NCBI RefSeq assembly: GCF_001194135.2
Contig: NC_068993.1
Location: forward strand, 26,218,751 to 26,282,750
Origin: Octopus bimaculoides
Taxonomy: Eukaryota
Length of the DNA stretch: 64,000 nucleotides
Direction of reading: 5' to 3'
The stretch's first letter is position 1, and every line of letters starts with the position of its first letter. Positions 62,511 through 64,000 of this stretch are shown one piece after another. The translations under genes were made by a program, and so were the position numbers. The notes below the pieces were generated by a model. The model searched no databases. It was given only the letters and a program-made list of their open reading frames with translations, and was not told the origin of the DNA.

Positions 62511-63644
62511 CACATATATTCATATGAACACACGTGCACACATACATACATATACATATATACACACACGTGCATGCATATGTATAAATTATCTCTCTGT
62601 ATGTCTCAGTGACTGATTTTGAGATGTTATTGTTTCACAGAAGAAGAATGACTGATTGTTTCAATTTCTACATGAGTCAACAATGGTGTCCATAGCTGAT
62701 GCATAATAAGTCAAGTGAACAATACTTAATAAGACCAGTACCTCAAGAAGTCTTACTAATTTTTTCTGAACCTCATTGACAAATCTCATTAATGATGGGA
62801 TCTTTTAACAACCATTTAGCGATGTTTCTCACATTATTATTCCTCACACATATACACATAGGTCTTTCTATTACAAGACTAATAAGCACTCAACTATACC
62901 AGTTTGGGGAACAGGCAATTTTGTGATGATGGAGTATCACGTTTAACTGGTCTTCCCCACCTCAAAGTGACTTCAATGCTTTAGTAACTGAATTCTGTTG
63001 ACACTAAACATCAAAACTGAAATGATCCACCTCTACTGGAGTTAACTAGTCAAATTAATGAGGAGCAATTAGCTATTAGCACACACAATACCATTGGCTT
63101 GCTTCTTTTTTTTCTCCCTTTATTTTCTTTTACATTTCTTTTGTCAATATTAACACTAAAAAAAAAACAGAATTGCAATGTCTATGACAATTGAAATATT
63201 GTACACTGATTATCAAGTAAAAAAGTCTTTTTTTAAATTTATAAAACTTTTCATCTTCAATTATTTAGAAAAACCTTTCTTAAATTTACAAAACTGTCCA
63301 ATATGTTATCATGTAAAAAAGGCTATTTGGAAATTTAATTTACAAATTTGCCATACTCATCTTTATATAGAAAACTTTGCCTTGAAATTTACAAACCTGT
63401 TTAACCCATCATTATGAAGCAAGGGACACTTTTTTTATTGCTCACAATGAAAACAAAAACAACATTTTTCGTACATCTTCTTATCTCTAGTATCTGTTTA
63501 TAGTTGTGCCACAGCTAGTATGCTAATACACAGTTAACATTGTTAATATTGTGTTTACTGACTTAGGACATTGCAGTAGTGAACAAACAGCTAGGGTTTG
63601 CAGCGAGTGTAGAGTATATTCTTATCTTTTTAATAAAAATAATA

Positions 63645-63985
63645 ACAATATTTTCTACAAAATTCACAAGGCCTGAAATTAGAGGGGAGGAGACTAGTCA
63701 ATTACATCAACCCCAGAGTATAACTAGTACTTAATTTATCAACTCCGAAAGGATGAAAGGCAAAGTCAACCTCAGTGGAATTTGAACTCAGAACGTAAAG
63801 ATGGACAAAATGTCACTAAGCATATTTCCTGGGTGCTAATGATTCTGCTAACTCACTGCCTTAATAATAATAATAGTAATAATAATAATCCTTTCTACTG
63901 AATACATAAGGCCTGAAATTTGTAGGGAGAGGACTCATCAATCATATCAACTCCAGTATGCTAACAATTCTGCTAGCTCAATAAT
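63645..63985 (-). mobile_element. SINE family B, plus an internally deleted second copy
   Basis: Reverse complement of the 48061 family; the terminal modules are repeated at 63880-63985. Confidence 0.75.
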
Positions 63986-64000
63986 AATAATAATAATAAT

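Noticed and set aside
821-62616. Many ORFs of VCVC/HTHT/YIYI/SLSL/poly-I type
   Set aside because: They are read-throughs of dinucleotide or trinucleotide microsatellites or N-gaps, with no coding signal.

Overview
This is AT-rich eukaryotic, repeat-dominated DNA from a gapped short-read assembly; almost all N-gaps abut (TA)n, (CA)n or (GA)n. The repeat repertoire (tRNA-SINEs with internal microsatellites, RTE LINEs ending in (GAT)n, Penelope-like elements, mariners) is what I associate with octopus/coleoid cephalopod genomes. That taxon call is recognition, not a database result. No intact protein-coding gene, tRNA/rRNA gene or CRISPR array is supportable, and most listed ORFs are microsatellite read-throughs or decayed TE fragments. 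TE content: a full-length DD36E (Incomer-like) Tc1, DD34D mariners, DD37D maT elements, three hAT types, a Tx1/L1-like LINE, RTE LINEs, two Penelope-like (PLE) lineages, a truncated LTR retrotransposon with atypical pol, and three SINE families. The main hidden signal is a set of 6-8 hammerhead-ribozyme-like motifs from several sequence families. One has an intact core and one sits in a 128-bp TSD-flanked mini-retroelement. Other highlights are a fold-back mariner with its snap-back hairpin preserved, a pre-miRNA-like 85-nt hairpin beside a candidate exon, and a 258-bp near-perfect palindrome. Many element boundaries are approximate (about +/-20 bp) unless TIRs or TSDs are quoted.
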